From assembly GCA_964594965.1 (NCBI GenBank), contig CAZQMX010000001.1, positions 91,667 through 135,417 of the forward strand: a stretch of 43,751 nt of DNA, read 5' to 3'. The stretch is from an uncultured Candidatus Saccharibacteria bacterium. Lineage in GTDB: Bacteria > Patescibacteriota > Minisyncoccia > Portnoybacterales > UBA2143. The notes under the pieces were generated by a model. It did no database searches. It saw only the letters and a list, made by a program, of their open reading frames with translations, and was not told where the DNA came from. Both the position numbers and the translations under genes were made by a program. Positions 1-10,180 of this stretch are shown here, piece after piece; positions within the stretch are counted from its first letter, which is position 1, and the number at the start of each line of letters is the position of its first letter.

Positions 1-249
1 ATGATATTTATTACTATTAACACTTCCAATAAGTCTCCCCTGCTTGCCCGCCGTAGCCTCGGCAGAGGCGGGCTCTGTGGCTTTGATAATCGAAGCGGTG
101 GGATTTTGAATAATAATTGCTCCCTGATTGTTTTGAAGAGAAACCAAAAGACCAGCGCCAAAACTGACTAAAGCAATTAAAACAATTCCCAGGATTAAAA
201 TAATATCGGATTGATGGTTCTTGACTAAATTTTTAAAATAAGATAACAT
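1..249 (-). CDS. Membrane-anchored protein running off the window edge; probable Ada-like metal-binding C-terminus
   Basis: Manual translation MLSYFKNLVKNHQSDIILILGIVLIALVSFGAGLL...GSVNSNKYH; N-terminal TM segment; not in ORF track. Confidence 0.7.
   Translation of the reverse strand, partial: MLSYFKNLVKNHQSDIILILGIVLIALVSFGAGLLVSLQNNQGAIIIQNPTASIIKATEPASAEATAGKQGRLIGSVNSNKYH
49..71. repeat. GTAG hairpin repeat copy inside a CDS
   Basis: CGCCGTAG-CCTCGG-CAGAGGCGG; ends resemble copies at 13841 and 15942. Confidence 0.6.
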
Positions 250-402
250 AAAAGCATTGCTCTAAAGTTTCAAGGATGCCGTAGGCAGCCGCAGAAAGTT
301 TAGTTAGCAAGGTTTTACCCCGCAGCATTGCGGGGTGCTCAAATTTAATCACTAAATTTTCTTCTTCGCCCAGGGCAAATTGAAAATTTAGATAAATTTC
401 GC

Positions 403-675
403 ATGTCAAAGACAAAATCCGCCGGCTCTACTAGATTAGGCCGAGATTCACAACCAAAATATTTAGGAATTAAATTATCTGGCGGACAAAAAACCAAGCC
501 GGGCAGTATTATTCTCCGTCAAAGAGGAAGTAAGTTTTTACCCGGTAAAAATGTTAGAAAGGGAAATGATGATACCCTTTACGCTATGGCTAAAGGAATA
601 GTTGAATTTGTCAGCAAAAGGATTAAAAGATTTGACGGTTCCCGCCGGATTGCCAAGATTGTTAATGTAAGATAA
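403..675 (+). CDS. rpmA: 50S ribosomal protein L27
   Basis: [26 protein letters not shown] motifs. Confidence 0.97.
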   Translation: MSKTKSAGSTRLGRDSQPKYLGIKLSGGQKTKPGSIILRQRGSKFLPGKNVRKGNDDTLYAMAKGIVEFVSKRIKRFDGSRRIAKIVNVR

Positions 676-695
676 TTATAACTGGAATTGGATTA

Positions 696-722
696 AAAAT
701 CACCCCCTCGGGTGTTTTTTTG
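696..722. terminator. Bidirectional intrinsic terminator between convergent rpmA and rplI
   Basis: CACCC/GGGTG stem flanked by A and T runs. Confidence 0.65.
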
Positions 723-737
723 ATCTGATATCAAACC

Positions 738-1199
738 CTATTTTTTTTCTTTCTTCTTCTCCTCTAAAACAATAATTTTAATACCAACTTCCAGATTATG
801 AGGAAGCTCAATCATAACTTCCCTCTCCCCTAATTCTTTGATTGGCTCTTCTAATTTAATCTGATTTTTATCAATCTCAAATCCCCTTTCTTTTAGTTTT
901 TCAACAATTAAAACAGGAGTAATTGCCCCAAAAAGCTTATCCTCTTCGCCGATTTTTACCGGTATTTCCAGTTCTAGACCGTCCATTTGTTCAGCAATCT
1001 CCTGATAGCGAAGTAATTCTTCCTCGGCTTCCTGGGCTTCCAATTCTTTCTGCTCTTCAAGTTTCTCTACCTCTGATTCTGTCGCTAAAACAGCAAGATT
1101 CTTAGGAATTAAAAAGTTTCGGGCATAGCCTTTGTTTGTCTCTTTAAGGTCGCCCCTTTTGCCTAGTTTTTCTATATCCTCCAGCAATATTATTTTCAT
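738..1199 (-). CDS. rplI: 50S ribosomal protein L9
   Basis: LGKRGD, GYARNFLIP, KLFGAIT motifs. Confidence 0.97.
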   Translation of the reverse strand: MKIILLEDIEKLGKRGDLKETNKGYARNFLIPKNLAVLATESEVEKLEEQKELEAQEAEEELLRYQEIAEQMDGLELEIPVKIGEEDKLFGAITPVLIVEKLKERGFEIDKNQIKLEEPIKELGEREVMIELPHNLEVGIKIIVLEEKKKEKK

Positions 1200-1208
1200 A
1201 CCTCTATT

Positions 1209-1484
1209 TTAATACTTTATTTCAAATTTATCAAATTGACCGGTTGCTTCCTGCCAATCAATGTCTACTTTATCAACCTTGGCCAGCATTGGTCCATTCT
1301 TGCACCAGTCAATTAATTTTTTTAATTTTTCCTCTTCTCCTTGAGCGAGAATCATAACAGTTCCATCATCTTCATTTCTAACCCAACCAACCAGTCCCAT
1401 TTTACTGGCTTTTCGCCGGGTAGAATCCCGGTATAGAACCATCTGGACCCGGCCATGAATTTTAAGAACAACCTGCTTTTTCAT
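1209..1484 (-). CDS. acyP: Acylphosphatase
   Basis: GRVQMVLYR and GWVRNEDDGTV signatures. Confidence 0.92.
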   Translation of the reverse strand: MKKQVVLKIHGRVQMVLYRDSTRRKASKMGLVGWVRNEDDGTVMILAQGEEEKLKKLIDWCKNGPMLAKVDKVDIDWQEATGQFDKFEIKY

Positions 1485-2689
1485 TATTCAAGTTCTTGTT
1501 TTAGAACCTCAAGAGCTTTTTCTAATTGCCGATCCCTCATTTCATCAAAATCTTCCTGAGTTATTTCAACTTCAATATCAGGGGTAATCCCTTCATCATT
1601 AATGCTTGTTCCCAAGGGAGTCAGCCATTTAGCGACGGTGATTTTAATACTCGAACCACCCTTCATTTTTTCCAGTTGCTGAACAGAGCCCTTACCAAAA
1701 CTTTTTCGTCCAACAATTTGAATACCTCTAATATCACGAAGGGCGCCGGCAACAATTTCTGAAGCCGAGGCAGAACCCTCATTAACCAAAACTACGACTG
1801 GTAAATCCTCTATCCCGTTGTATCCCCTACTCTTATGTTCATTCTTATCCCCATTGCCAAAGTCCTCAATAATGACTATTTCGCCTTTAGGCAAAAACCA
1901 ACTGGCAATATCAACAGCAACTTCCAGAAACCCACCCGGGTTATTCCGAACATCAAGGACAATCCCTTTTGCCCCTGCTTTTCTAACCTGGTCAACCGTA
2001 TTCCTAAACTGACTAATTGAACTTTCGGTGAAATGGAATAGTTCAATGTAGGCAAGGCTGTTTTCCTTCATTTCCCATTTAATAATCGGAATTTTAATTG
2101 TTGCCCGGGTAATAGTAATTTCCTTGGTCTCATCAAGTTCATCCCGGGAAATGAGTAAAACAACATCGGTCCCCGGCTCCCCCCTGATCATATCAACGGC
2201 TTCATCCAGGGTTAAATCAGCGGTTATAGAATCATCAACTTTAAGAATTTTATCACCTGCTCGAAGACCGGCCTCCTGGGCCGGATTACCTTCCAGGGGC
2301 GAAATAACGGTCAGGATGCCTTTTCTAATACCAACCTCGGCTCCAATTCCTCCGAAACTACCCGATATATCATCAAGAAATCTCTTGCTTTCCTGTGGCT
2401 CCAGGAAAACAGAATGAGGGTCGTCTAATGATTTCAGAAGCCCGGAAATGGCGCCGTAGACCATTTCCTGACGGTCTAAACTGGCCCGGTCAACATAGTT
2501 TGTTTCAATTAAATACCAGGCATCCCAGAATAAGCTGAAATCAATTCCAATATCCTGATTAGATTCTTTACTAGTTAATCCCTCAATTTTTTCAATTGAA
2601 GGCTGACTGCTTTGGCCAAAAAAGAATCCGAAGCCAAAGACAATTACCAGAACAACAACCCAACTGATAGTAGAAATATATTTACGCAT
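1484..2689 (-). CDS. ctpA: S41 carboxyl-terminal processing protease with PDZ domain
   Basis: GIG, DVRNNPGG, SASASEI, FGKGSVQ; start moved to MRKYIS. Confidence 0.93.
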   Translation of the reverse strand: MRKYISTISWVVVLVIVFGFGFFFGQSSQPSIEKIEGLTSKESNQDIGIDFSLFWDAWYLIETNYVDRASLDRQEMVYGAISGLLKSLDDPHSVFLEPQESKRFLDDISGSFGGIGAEVGIRKGILTVISPLEGNPAQEAGLRAGDKILKVDDSITADLTLDEAVDMIRGEPGTDVVLLISRDELDETKEITITRATIKIPIIKWEMKENSLAYIELFHFTESSISQFRNTVDQVRKAGAKGIVLDVRNNPGGFLEVAVDIASWFLPKGEIVIIEDFGNGDKNEHKSRGYNGIEDLPVVVLVNEGSASASEIVAGALRDIRGIQIVGRKSFGKGSVQQLEKMKGGSSIKITVAKWLTPLGTSINDEGITPDIEVEITQEDFDEMRDRQLEKALEVLKQELE

Positions 2690-3482
2690 AGCTTTTATCC
2701 TTACGCCATTTAACAAAATATTTAAAGGCGCTGATTAAATGTATCCAAGTATATTTATTAAGCAAGGCATCTAAAAAGCCACCCCATTTTTTGCTTGCCC
2801 GGCCGTAATAATGGAAGACCTGGGCCGAGGGCAGATAAACAACCCGATAACCTTTTTGCCAGAATCGCCGGCACCAGTCAGTATCTTCCAGATAAAGAAA
2901 AAACCTTTCATCCCATAAGCCAATTTTATCGGCTATATCTTTTCTGGTCAGCATGGCCGAGCCCTGAAGCCAGTCAACTTGTCGGGGAGAAGAAAAATCC
3001 TCGCCTTCCATCAGGAATCGGTTCATTCTTTCTCTCCCCCATCTTATCTTTCCCAGAAATGTTCTTCGGGCAATAAACCCTCCAATAGTTGGAAACCGAA
3101 AACAAGAATTCTGTGGTAAATGATTAAAGGTCAATAATCGTGGTCCGACAATTCCAACCTGATTGTTTTCTTCAAGATATTCTATCAAACGGGAAATGGA
3201 ATTTTGGCTGACAAGAATATCAGCATTAAGGAAAAGAATGTATTCTCCCCGGGATTTTTTTAATCCGCTATTAACCAGTTTAGCATAACCAACGTTTTTT
3301 TCAAAAGAGACAAATTGGATTTTAGAAAAGTTTTCTTTGATTAATTCCTGGGTTTCTTTTTCAGCTTCGCTATCAACAATAAATATTTCATGTTCAATCT
3401 GACCAATACTCTCTTTAATTGATTTAAGACAGAGTTTTAATAGAATCGGGGTCCGATGATGAGTGATGATGATTGATAACAT
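2682..3482 (-). CDS. Glycosyltransferase family 2
   Basis: LSIII, NVGYAK, FLNAD, FFLYLEDTDWCRR; start moved to MLSII. Confidence 0.92.
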   Translation of the reverse strand: MLSIIITHHRTPILLKLCLKSIKESIGQIEHEIFIVDSEAEKETQELIKENFSKIQFVSFEKNVGYAKLVNSGLKKSRGEYILFLNADILVSQNSISRLIEYLEENNQVGIVGPRLLTFNHLPQNSCFRFPTIGGFIARRTFLGKIRWGRERMNRFLMEGEDFSSPRQVDWLQGSAMLTRKDIADKIGLWDERFFLYLEDTDWCRRFWQKGYRVVYLPSAQVFHYYGRASKKWGGFLDALLNKYTWIHLISAFKYFVKWRKDKSYA

Positions 3483-3491
3483 ATAGAGGAC

Positions 3492-3534
3492 AATCGGAGG
3501 TCGAACCTCCGAATCTGAGGTTCGACCTCCGATT
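3492..3534. repeat. Perfect 18-bp inverted repeat, REP-like
   Basis: AATCGGAGGTCGAACCTC-7nt-GAGGTTCGACCTCCGATT. Confidence 0.9.
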
Positions 3535-3537
3535 ATC

Positions 3538-4542
3538 TTAATTGAATATGTTTTGACAGGCCTCCTGTATTTTTTCAAAATTATCCTCGACCGGCAGAAG
3601 AACATATTCTTCGTTAATAAAGGTCTGATAAAGCAAACCCTTTTCTGAAGTATCAAAAACCCTCTTTCTAATATTCTCAGTATCTATCTCAGAAGACAAA
3701 TTAATTAAATTACCAATTTGACCCAAACTCATATCGGTTCTAATGCTTTTGCCAATAATATCAAGGAGGTTATAGACTTTGACTGGATTAGCCAGGATCT
3801 TCAGAGAAAGGGCTTTATCTTTGGCTGCCATTAAGACCTGTTGCTGGCGTCTCATCCGGTCAAAATCATTGGTTGAATAGCGGGAACGGACATAATAGAG
3901 GGCGGTTTTGCCATCGAGATGGTTTTCCCCTTGAGGAACATGAAAAACCCATCTTTCTTCTCCGTCAAAATCCTTAACAAACCAGTTTTCATTTTCTTCC
4001 CAACCCTCATTTGCCCATTGAAAACTTTCTTCAAAGGGTTCTTCAAGATAGATATCAATTCCCCCCAGGGCGTCAATGGCTTCTTCCAGAGCCTTGAAAT
4101 TGGCCCCAAGAGCATAATCAATATGAAGGCCGGTGATGTATGAGATTGTTTTTTTAGCACAGCCCAGTCCTCCCTGGGCATAAGCAAAGTTAATTTTCTT
4201 TTCTTTCTCATCACACCAAATGATCGAATAAATGTCTCTTGGTAAAGAAATTAATGCTACCTGACCGGTGCTTTTTTTAATGCTGATTAGGACGATAGCA
4301 TCAGATAAAAGTTTTCCATCTCCTGGTTCATCTATTCCTCTTGTACCGAGAAGAAGAAGATTAATTTTATCAGGATTATCTTCGGGCAATTCCGGTAGGT
4401 CCTTGGCAAAAGGCAGGATTTGAACGCCGTTTTCCCATCTGATTACCTGGCTGACTGTAAAACCGGTCTTAAAAAACAAAATTGAAAGACCGCCCAACAA
4501 GAGGGCGAGAATAAAAAGCCAGAATGTTTTCTTTTTTGTCAT
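3538..4542 (-). CDS. LCP (LytR-CpsA-Psr) family protein
   Basis: NLLLLG, SLPRD, KINFAY, YVRSR, DFDRMRRQQ. Confidence 0.93.
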   Translation of the reverse strand: MTKKKTFWLFILALLLGGLSILFFKTGFTVSQVIRWENGVQILPFAKDLPELPEDNPDKINLLLLGTRGIDEPGDGKLLSDAIVLISIKKSTGQVALISLPRDIYSIIWCDEKEKKINFAYAQGGLGCAKKTISYITGLHIDYALGANFKALEEAIDALGGIDIYLEEPFEESFQWANEGWEENENWFVKDFDGEERWVFHVPQGENHLDGKTALYYVRSRYSTNDFDRMRRQQQVLMAAKDKALSLKILANPVKVYNLLDIIGKSIRTDMSLGQIGNLINLSSEIDTENIRKRVFDTSEKGLLYQTFINEEYVLLPVEDNFEKIQEACQNIFN

Positions 4543-4543
4543 A

Positions 4544-5587
4544 TTATTTAAACCATTTGGCCATCTCTCGAGAAGAGACTTTCTTGTTTGCCATAATTAT
4601 TTTTCTCTTTCTGTAAGCCAAGGGCATTTGTTTGAATAAATCCTTAATTGCTTTCCAGGTGTATCTTTCAAAAAGCAAAACATACCCCCAAGAGCCAATT
4701 TCTTTAGGCAGGAACCAGGGTAAATGACTAATTAAAACTCCCATTTGTTCGTTTTTAATCTGCATTAACCGTCCGTTCTTAAAAGCCAGATATTTTCCGA
4801 ATTTAGATACCTTCATTCGTTCTCTAATAACGGCAAAATAGTTTCTGGTTGCATTATCCCCTGCTGTTCTATCATGCCAGGCAATAGCTTTGGGCTGGTA
4901 AAATGATTTCCAGCCGTTAAGTCGGAGGCGCCAGGCTAAATCAACATCTTCTTTGTAAGCAAAAAAATCCTCATCAAAGTATTCACCCTTAAGAGCGGTA
5001 TCTTCCAGGGCCTCTCTTTTGTAGATTGGGGCTGCTCCATCAGCGCCAAAAATCTCTTCAATTTTTTCAAATTTCCCTTCATCTAATTGACCCTGTTCTC
5101 GGTTAATAATTCTCCGGTTTTTTAAATAAACCAGACCAGTTGTATCGATAATATGGGAGACATGGTATCCTCTTGAATCATGCGAAGCCGGCATACCCAA
5201 TTGCCAACGGAGTAATTTTCCCTGAACACTCCCTATTTTTCTATTCTTTTCAAATATTTCAACCGCTTTTTGGATGAAATTAGGATCCAAGACCATATCC
5301 TGATTAAGACAAAGAATATATTTCCCCTGGCTTTCTCTGATAAGATGATTATGCCCGGCTGAAAAACCAATATTTTCTGGATAAAGAGAAACTACCTTGA
5401 AGTTTTCCTTCTTTTCCTCGGCTTCTTTAAGATACTCAACAGTTTTATCTTTTGAACCATTATCAAGCGCTAAAATCTCCAGATTAGGATAGGTCTGGCT
5501 AAAAACAGATTTAAGGCAATCTCTAACATATTTTTCTCCGTCCCAGGTCAGGAGATTAATTGAGACGAGTGGTTGTTTTTGCTCCAT
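4544..5587 (-). CDS. Glycosyltransferase family 2
   Basis: LDNGSKD, NIGFSAGHN, LNQD, FFAYKEDVDLAWR. Confidence 0.92.
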   Translation of the reverse strand: MEQKQPLVSINLLTWDGEKYVRDCLKSVFSQTYPNLEILALDNGSKDKTVEYLKEAEEKKENFKVVSLYPENIGFSAGHNHLIRESQGKYILCLNQDMVLDPNFIQKAVEIFEKNRKIGSVQGKLLRWQLGMPASHDSRGYHVSHIIDTTGLVYLKNRRIINREQGQLDEGKFEKIEEIFGADGAAPIYKREALEDTALKGEYFDEDFFAYKEDVDLAWRLRLNGWKSFYQPKAIAWHDRTAGDNATRNYFAVIRERMKVSKFGKYLAFKNGRLMQIKNEQMGVLISHLPWFLPKEIGSWGYVLLFERYTWKAIKDLFKQMPLAYRKRKIIMANKKVSSREMAKWFK

Positions 5588-7157
5588 AAAATAAGGCCAG
5601 ATTGGCTATAAAAAACAAAAGGACCTTGTCGTTTAAGAGGACAACATCAAATAGACTATAACTCAAAATCCAGATTAAAGCAAGGAGGAAGAATCCGGCC
5701 CAGACCGCCCAGAAACGCTCTTTGCTCCTGGTAAATACTTGCCAGGTATCTTTCAAGACATAGACAAAAATAGATAAAAGAACCACTAGGGCAACTAATC
5801 CCATTTCGCTAGCAACATCTAAATACAAACTATGAGATGAAGAACCCCTTTTAGCAGCTGATAAATCTTCATCTAAAACTACCGGGTAATTACCAATTCC
5901 AACTCCCAAAAGTGGTTTTTGGGAAATTGATTTAAATGTTTTTCCCCAGATTTCTAAACGACTCTTAACCGAGATTTCGTCAAAATTGAAAATACTTCTT
6001 GCCCTTTCAAAGAGAGAAACTTCGCCTACGTCTATTGGTCGGTCAAGCTGGACTTGCTGGTAGAATAAAGTGATTCTTGAAGAAATTGGGAAAAGAAGAA
6101 AAAAGATAATTAAAACACCCAGGATTAATATCATTTGTTTTTTCCATCTTTTAATAGATTGGGGAATAAAGAATTTGGTTAAGGATCGGGTTGTCGGCGA
6201 CCAGTAAAGGAAAAAGAGAATTGAGAAAATGATCAGTGAACCTAAAGCAGCAACCCAGACTCCTCTTGAGCCGGAGAAAATAATGGCTAGCAAGCAAAGA
6301 ATTAAGAGGAAATAATAAAGGGTTGTTTTTACTTGGTTTTTTAAACCGAGAAATATTTTAACCAAGAAAAAGGGCAAGGCCAGAACACAAAAGAAAGCAA
6401 AGGAATGAGAGTCAGGGAAAACGGAAAACATTCTTAGAGTGGCAGGCAAAGAAGCATAATAGGAAAACCAGGTATTGCTGTAGGAAAGCAGATTTGAAAG
6501 ATCCTGACCATAAAAAACGGGAATGACTTTTCTTGCCCAGAATTGCCAAAAAGGAAAAAGCCGGACAAAAAGAACAGAAATATATTGGATAAAGCCGATT
6601 GACAGAGTGGTAACAATGGCTACTGTAATAGCGCTGGGTAATTGAGAAATAATCTTTTTATCTTTTGCAGCCAGGTTTCTGATAATAACAAAAAGAAGAA
6701 AAGCATTAATTAGGAAAAGTAACTTTTTCACTCCAGCCCAGAGATCAGCAGCATTAAAGAGGGATAAAACCCCAAGAAGCAGAAACATGCCGGTTAGACA
6801 CCCAACTGGATAATGCTTAATTTTTTCCTTTAATTTCCAATGATTGAACTTATCTCTTATCAAACCAATAGAAATTCCTTGTTTGAAAAACAGGATTAGG
6901 AAAAGAACAGCCAGGAGAACTCTCCAGTTTGCCATTGAATCAAGTCCTTCGGTGATGGGTAATGTAATAAACAAAGGAATAGAAGCAACAAAGACCCAGA
7001 GAGAATCTTTCAGAGGACTGAAGATAAAATAGAAAATTAATACGCCGGTCAGAAACATTCCCATTCCTGGAGGTAAAATCCCAAAAACCATCAATAAGAT
7101 AGTTATCAATTCTGTTAAAAGAATAGCGATTTTTTTAAAAAGGGAAGAATTATTCAT
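5556..7157 (-). CDS. O-antigen ligase/polymerase-like membrane protein
   Basis: Many TM helices; SGSRG, RLEIW, PLLGVGIGNY, HSLYL. Confidence 0.88.
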   Translation of the reverse strand: MNNSSLFKKIAILLTELITILLMVFGILPPGMGMFLTGVLIFYFIFSPLKDSLWVFVASIPLFITLPITEGLDSMANWRVLLAVLFLILFFKQGISIGLIRDKFNHWKLKEKIKHYPVGCLTGMFLLLGVLSLFNAADLWAGVKKLLFLINAFLLFVIIRNLAAKDKKIISQLPSAITVAIVTTLSIGFIQYISVLFVRLFPFWQFWARKVIPVFYGQDLSNLLSYSNTWFSYYASLPATLRMFSVFPDSHSFAFFCVLALPFFLVKIFLGLKNQVKTTLYYFLLILCLLAIIFSGSRGVWVAALGSLIIFSILFFLYWSPTTRSLTKFFIPQSIKRWKKQMILILGVLIIFFLLFPISSRITLFYQQVQLDRPIDVGEVSLFERARSIFNFDEISVKSRLEIWGKTFKSISQKPLLGVGIGNYPVVLDEDLSAAKRGSSSHSLYLDVASEMGLVALVVLLSIFVYVLKDTWQVFTRSKERFWAVWAGFFLLALIWILSYSLFDVVLLNDKVLLFFIANLALFYGAKTTTRLN

Positions 7158-9258
7158 AGGTAATAACAGCTTTATGGATGCCGTCTATCTCTGAATTAAA
7201 GTCCAAGTAATTACTTTCTTCCACTTTGTTGTTTGTAAAGTTCTCTTGTTGCTGATCAATAGTAAGAGAGATGGCTTTTTTGCCTTCTGGCAGTAAAACA
7301 TGGAAGTTGGCCTGATTGCCTGAACCGGTATAAATAATTTCAATTTGGTTTTTTTCAGACAGCAGATTCCAGTCATAGGCAAAATATCCATCACTCGCTC
7401 CATATTTAATAGTCGCTTTTGCTTCTCTAATTTGAGTGGCGGGCCAGCGAGGAGAAACTTTTACTTTCTGGTAGATCTTACTTAAATCCTCTACTCCGAC
7501 CAGTCCTTCAATAAAAGCGTTTAAGAAAGCACTGCTTCCCCAGCCGTCAGTAGGTAGCGTGTCTGGGCCGCCAATTCCCGGTTGACCGTCAGGCCAATAC
7601 CAAAGATAGGTTTTATTCCCCCAGCTTTTGGTCAGAGCAATATATTCCGACAACTCCTGAAATCCATAGGCCTCAAATCCATGTTCAAAAGCAGCTCGGC
7701 TCAATTCACCACCAACCAAGGGCATTATTCCGCCATTAACATATTCTCCGCTCTCGTCAGCCGCTGCCGTTCCCCATTTACTGCCTCCGTAATTAGGATT
7801 AATGCTGAACCATTCCTGAAAAATTTTTCCTCCTTTCCATCGGGTAGTTTTAATTCTCTCTTGATAGGCCTGAATAACTTTAACTGCCCGGGAATAAGGG
7901 ACAAAATCTCCCCGGTTTAGATTATAGACATTGCTTAGAGCAAGAATATCGTTGCTATTTTTCCCGGTTGGCGGCGACGGAGGGTCAATATGGAAAAAGC
8001 CCTTGTAATGACCGCCACTTCCGTTCCAAAGATACTCATTGCCGTTCTTTTTAAAATTAGCCGCTATTTTCTGCCAATGCCTTTTCTTTTCCGAATTACC
8101 TTTAAAGTCAAACATTTCAGCCAATAATCGAGCCGCCTGATACATTCCGGAATTGTCGCCTGAGATAATTCCGAAACTGGTATTTTCATTTATTATCCCT
8201 GATCCATCATTCCACTGAAAATCCCAGGTATCAAGAGTAAAAGGCCGTTTAACCAACTGGCGCTGCTCATCCCAACGGTCAGGATGGGTCATGCTGTAAT
8301 TTAATCCTTTTTCTAATTTCCCTAAATGAGAAAACATCCATTGGTCCTCGCCAGTTGCCTGCCAGGCCTGCCAAACAGCCAAAGTCATTAAATATTCAAC
8401 ATCAGCCTCTACTTCTAATCTGCCTCCGGGGCAGAAATCATAGAAGCTTCCATCTGGTTGTTGATTTTCAAAAAACCAATCTATAATACTGGTCATATCT
8501 TCTTCCCAGTAACGAAACCCTTTGCTTTGGTGAGTGTGATCTCTAACCCATATGGGCCAGGTGTCTGGAGAACGATATCCTTTAGCTCCCCGACAGTACG
8601 AAATATCCTGTTCCATCCAGGTTTTAACCTGGGGATAAAAACCATCTAAATCAGCTAAGCCAGTATTAACGCTGGTCTCGGCTTCAACTTGAAAATTAAT
8701 TTCTGGAATAATTTTCTCTTGGTCAACTTCTAAAATAATTGTCTGCTGGCCTAATTTCCTGCCGACTTCAACCGTTAATTGGTCGCCTTCTACTAGCGAG
8801 GCGTATTTTTTTGTAAAATAGACCTGACCATCGCTGTCCTCTATTTTTAATTCAACCGGGTTAGCTTTCGGCAGCCAAAAGTTTATTCTCAAATCCTCCA
8901 GTGGTTGAAGAACATCTTCTTCAACCCAGAGGGCCCCTCTAATTTCTTCGCCTTCGGAATACTCTCCAAAATCTTCTTGATTGATTGTTGCCACCATTTC
9001 CCAGTCATACATTTTCTCAAAAATTTCCGGAGAGCCAATTAGCCGTTTTAGGCCTTTTTCTATTAAATAAACATCCATACCTTCTTCCAAGCGAACTAAA
9101 TTGGTCTCCGGATAGATGGTCTGATAAATAGCTGATGGTTGTCGGAATTGACTGCTTTCCGATTGATAAAAAACCAAGCCTAGAAGAATGCCGACAACTA
9201 TTAAGGTAAGTCCGGTAAGAAAAAAGTCTATTATATTTTGTCTTTTGGAAGGAGTCAT
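7150..9258 (-). CDS. Membrane-anchored six-hairpin glycosidase-like protein
   Basis: N-terminal TM; WVRDH, QQPDGS, VEADVEY, YVNGG segments typical of (alpha/alpha)6 glycosidases; family uncertain. Confidence 0.6.
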   Translation of the reverse strand: MTPSKRQNIIDFFLTGLTLIVVGILLGLVFYQSESSQFRQPSAIYQTIYPETNLVRLEEGMDVYLIEKGLKRLIGSPEIFEKMYDWEMVATINQEDFGEYSEGEEIRGALWVEEDVLQPLEDLRINFWLPKANPVELKIEDSDGQVYFTKKYASLVEGDQLTVEVGRKLGQQTIILEVDQEKIIPEINFQVEAETSVNTGLADLDGFYPQVKTWMEQDISYCRGAKGYRSPDTWPIWVRDHTHQSKGFRYWEEDMTSIIDWFFENQQPDGSFYDFCPGGRLEVEADVEYLMTLAVWQAWQATGEDQWMFSHLGKLEKGLNYSMTHPDRWDEQRQLVKRPFTLDTWDFQWNDGSGIINENTSFGIISGDNSGMYQAARLLAEMFDFKGNSEKKRHWQKIAANFKKNGNEYLWNGSGGHYKGFFHIDPPSPPTGKNSNDILALSNVYNLNRGDFVPYSRAVKVIQAYQERIKTTRWKGGKIFQEWFSINPNYGGSKWGTAAADESGEYVNGGIMPLVGGELSRAAFEHGFEAYGFQELSEYIALTKSWGNKTYLWYWPDGQPGIGGPDTLPTDGWGSSAFLNAFIEGLVGVEDLSKIYQKVKVSPRWPATQIREAKATIKYGASDGYFAYDWNLLSEKNQIEIIYTGSGNQANFHVLLPEGKKAISLTIDQQQENFTNNKVEESNYLDFNSEIDGIHKAVITYE

Positions 9259-9259
9259 T

Positions 9260-10102
9260 TCATCTCAATTTAATCCAAATTAAAAGTAGAATGATTAATA
9301 AGGCGGCTATGCTGATATAAATAAAGTAAAAGAGGGATTTAGGATGGTATTGTAAAACAATCCGGTGCTCGCCCGAGGGAACAAAAAGACCCTCAAAGGC
9401 GACATCAGTTGGGTAGGTTTCAACCTCTTGGTCATCTAAATAGGCCTGCCAGCCCGGATAATAAACATCAGTTAAAACCAGGTAACCGTCTTTTTGGCCA
9501 TCGGTAATAATTTCTATTTCATTAGGAGAATAACTAACAATTTTAGCCGGTCGATAAGGGAGGGAACGATTATCAAAAAAGGATAGGTTTTCCGGGTTTT
9601 CCGTTTCTACCAGGGCTGTTATTTCTGGTTTAAATGAATCAGTCGAAAAAACATCAAGGGCCTGATGGTAATCCTTGATGGGTTCAATATCAAAAACCAG
9701 AAAAGCCCGGGGCACGACCTCTTTGTTTTCGTAAATTTCAACCGATTCGTCGTTATAAACCAAAAGCAGGTTCCTGATAGAAGCCAGTCCTGTATTTTCT
9801 GAATCATTCTTGTCCTGAATAAAATACTTTACTCCCAAAAGATTAAAAACCTTATGATTGTCGTCAAAGCGGTTCTTCAAGGCCCGATACCTTCCCGTTC
9901 CAGCTATTTCATAGCCGCGAATATCCTGTATTTTCCAGGCAGCATTCTGATAACTAGCCATTCTATAATCACCAATATTATCCTGTAAAAACTGGATGGC
10001 CGATGTTTTGGCCTGAACAAAACCTAATCCCTGAGAAATTGGGCTATAAAAAAACAGGAGCAGAGCTAAAAGTAAGGCTACTTGTAAATATTTATTGCTC
10101 AT
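9260..10102 (-). CDS. YfhO-like protein, C-terminal part only
   Basis: LLGVKY, VPRAF, YYPGWQAYLD, GEHRIVLQYHP. Confidence 0.75.
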   Translation of the reverse strand: MSNKYLQVALLLALLLFFYSPISQGLGFVQAKTSAIQFLQDNIGDYRMASYQNAAWKIQDIRGYEIAGTGRYRALKNRFDDNHKVFNLLGVKYFIQDKNDSENTGLASIRNLLLVYNDESVEIYENKEVVPRAFLVFDIEPIKDYHQALDVFSTDSFKPEITALVETENPENLSFFDNRSLPYRPAKIVSYSPNEIEIITDGQKDGYLVLTDVYYPGWQAYLDDQEVETYPTDVAFEGLFVPSGEHRIVLQYHPKSLFYFIYISIAALLIILLLIWIKLR

Positions 10103-10180
10103 AATTACTAAAAGCAAGTTTCTACCCCATGATAAACACGGGGTTAATATTTATTACTAAATTAAAGATTTAGATAAATA

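Noticed and set aside
10124-10144. ACCCCATG/CACGGGGT hairpin after rpoD
   Set aside because: Could be a weak terminator or another small palindromic repeat; one copy cannot decide.
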